From the NCBI GenBank assembly GCA_963761305.1, contig CAVXGK010000001.1:1664001-1728000 (forward strand): 64,000 bases of DNA. The letters run 5' to 3'. Shown here in pieces: positions 63,296 through 64,000 of this stretch. The DNA comes from an uncultured Gemmatimonadaceae bacterium (lineage in GTDB: Bacteria > Gemmatimonadota > Gemmatimonadetes > Gemmatimonadales > Gemmatimonadaceae). The notes beneath the pieces were generated by a model, which did no database searches, was not told where the DNA came from, and saw only the letters and a list, made by a program, of their open reading frames with translations. Made by a program: the position numbers and the translations under genes. Numbering within the stretch: position 1 is the stretch's first letter; every line of letters starts with the position of its first letter.

Positions 63296-63473
63296 CGACC
63301 CCGGGCGGCTCGGGCGCGTGAAGCCCACCTCGGGCGCGTGAACACGCGAACGACAGCTCGGGCGCGTGAAGCCCAGCTCACGCACGCGAATGACGCGCAT
63401 CCGGTCGAGATCGGTTGGCTTTTCTTTCGCGCCGATCGCGATATCCTGACACGACACAACAACGGCTCGGCCA

Positions 63474-63845
63474 ATGTCATCGATGCACCGCACCATCACC
63501 GGCGACGTACTGGTTCAGCACCTCGCGTCCGACGTGATGACGATCGACCAGCATCTCCTGGCGACGCATGGCCGGAGCGCGCGAACGCTGGTGAAGGAGG
63601 GTCCGCTCCGCCTCACGATCATGGGACTCGCCGCCGGCGGAGAACTGCCGCCCCACAGCACCGACAATCCGGTATCGATTCAGGTCATCCGGGGCGACGT
63701 CACGTTCTTCGCCCTCGAGAAAGCGTACGCGCTCGTCGCCGGCGACGTCCTGATCTTCGCGCCCGGCGTCGAACACGCCGCACGGTCAAACGCCGGCGCG
63801 TCCTTCTTACTCACCGTCGCGTTCGTCCGCAGTTCGGGCGAATAG
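63474..63845 (+). CDS. Cupin domain protein
   Basis: ARTLVK, LPPH...PVSIQVIRG, AGD...PGVEHA. Confidence 0.85.
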   Translation: MSSMHRTITGDVLVQHLASDVMTIDQHLLATHGRSARTLVKEGPLRLTIMGLAAGGELPPHSTDNPVSIQVIRGDVTFFALEKAYALVAGDVLIFAPGVEHAARSNAGASFLLTVAFVRSSGE

Positions 63846-63879
63846 ATCTCGTTTAGACGTCGTGCGCGCCGTCTAAAGC

Positions 63880-63982
63880 CCGGGGCTCGGAGTGGGACTG
63901 TCCTCCGCGGACCGCTCGCAGTATTGCCGATACTGCCGGCAATACTGCAACGGCTCCGCTCCGGACAGCCCCACCCGCTCGC
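63880..63982 (+). repeat. Palindromic repeat family C, copy 3
   Basis: Near-identical to copy 1, downstream of the cupin stop. Confidence 0.92.
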
Positions 63983-64000
63983 CCCCGCGAGTCGGCGAAC

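Overview
High-GC bacterial window, probably Gemmatimonadota (inferred from gene style: PadR + ADOP permease, ECF/HEAT-repeat module, Gly-rich VPS10-like hydrolase). It holds about 45 CDS: several secreted peptidases (S9, S8, M16 pair, M13), deoC-ALDH, the SAM-cycle genes metK and sahR-like/ahcY, a sugar-salvage operon with an SSS-symporter/nucleotidyltransferase fusion, a multicopper oxidase, two ECF sigma modules, an octaheme cytochrome-TPR protein, an arylsulfatase and a carbonic anhydrase. I saw no rRNA, tRNA, CRISPR array or transposase. The most notable signals are non-coding. (1) The metK leader is fully resolvable as sigma70 promoter, SAM-II/SAM-V-like H-type pseudoknot, antiterminator and intrinsic terminator, i.e. 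a candidate variant SAM riboswitch. (2) A ~220-245 bp three-tier nested palindromic repeat occurs 9 times, essentially always beside a gene 3' end. (3) At least three further repeat families are present, including an 8-bp GTCCACCC tandem whose G-rich strand tracks the sense strand. Frameshifts clustered at 48-62 kb look like homopolymer sequencing errors.
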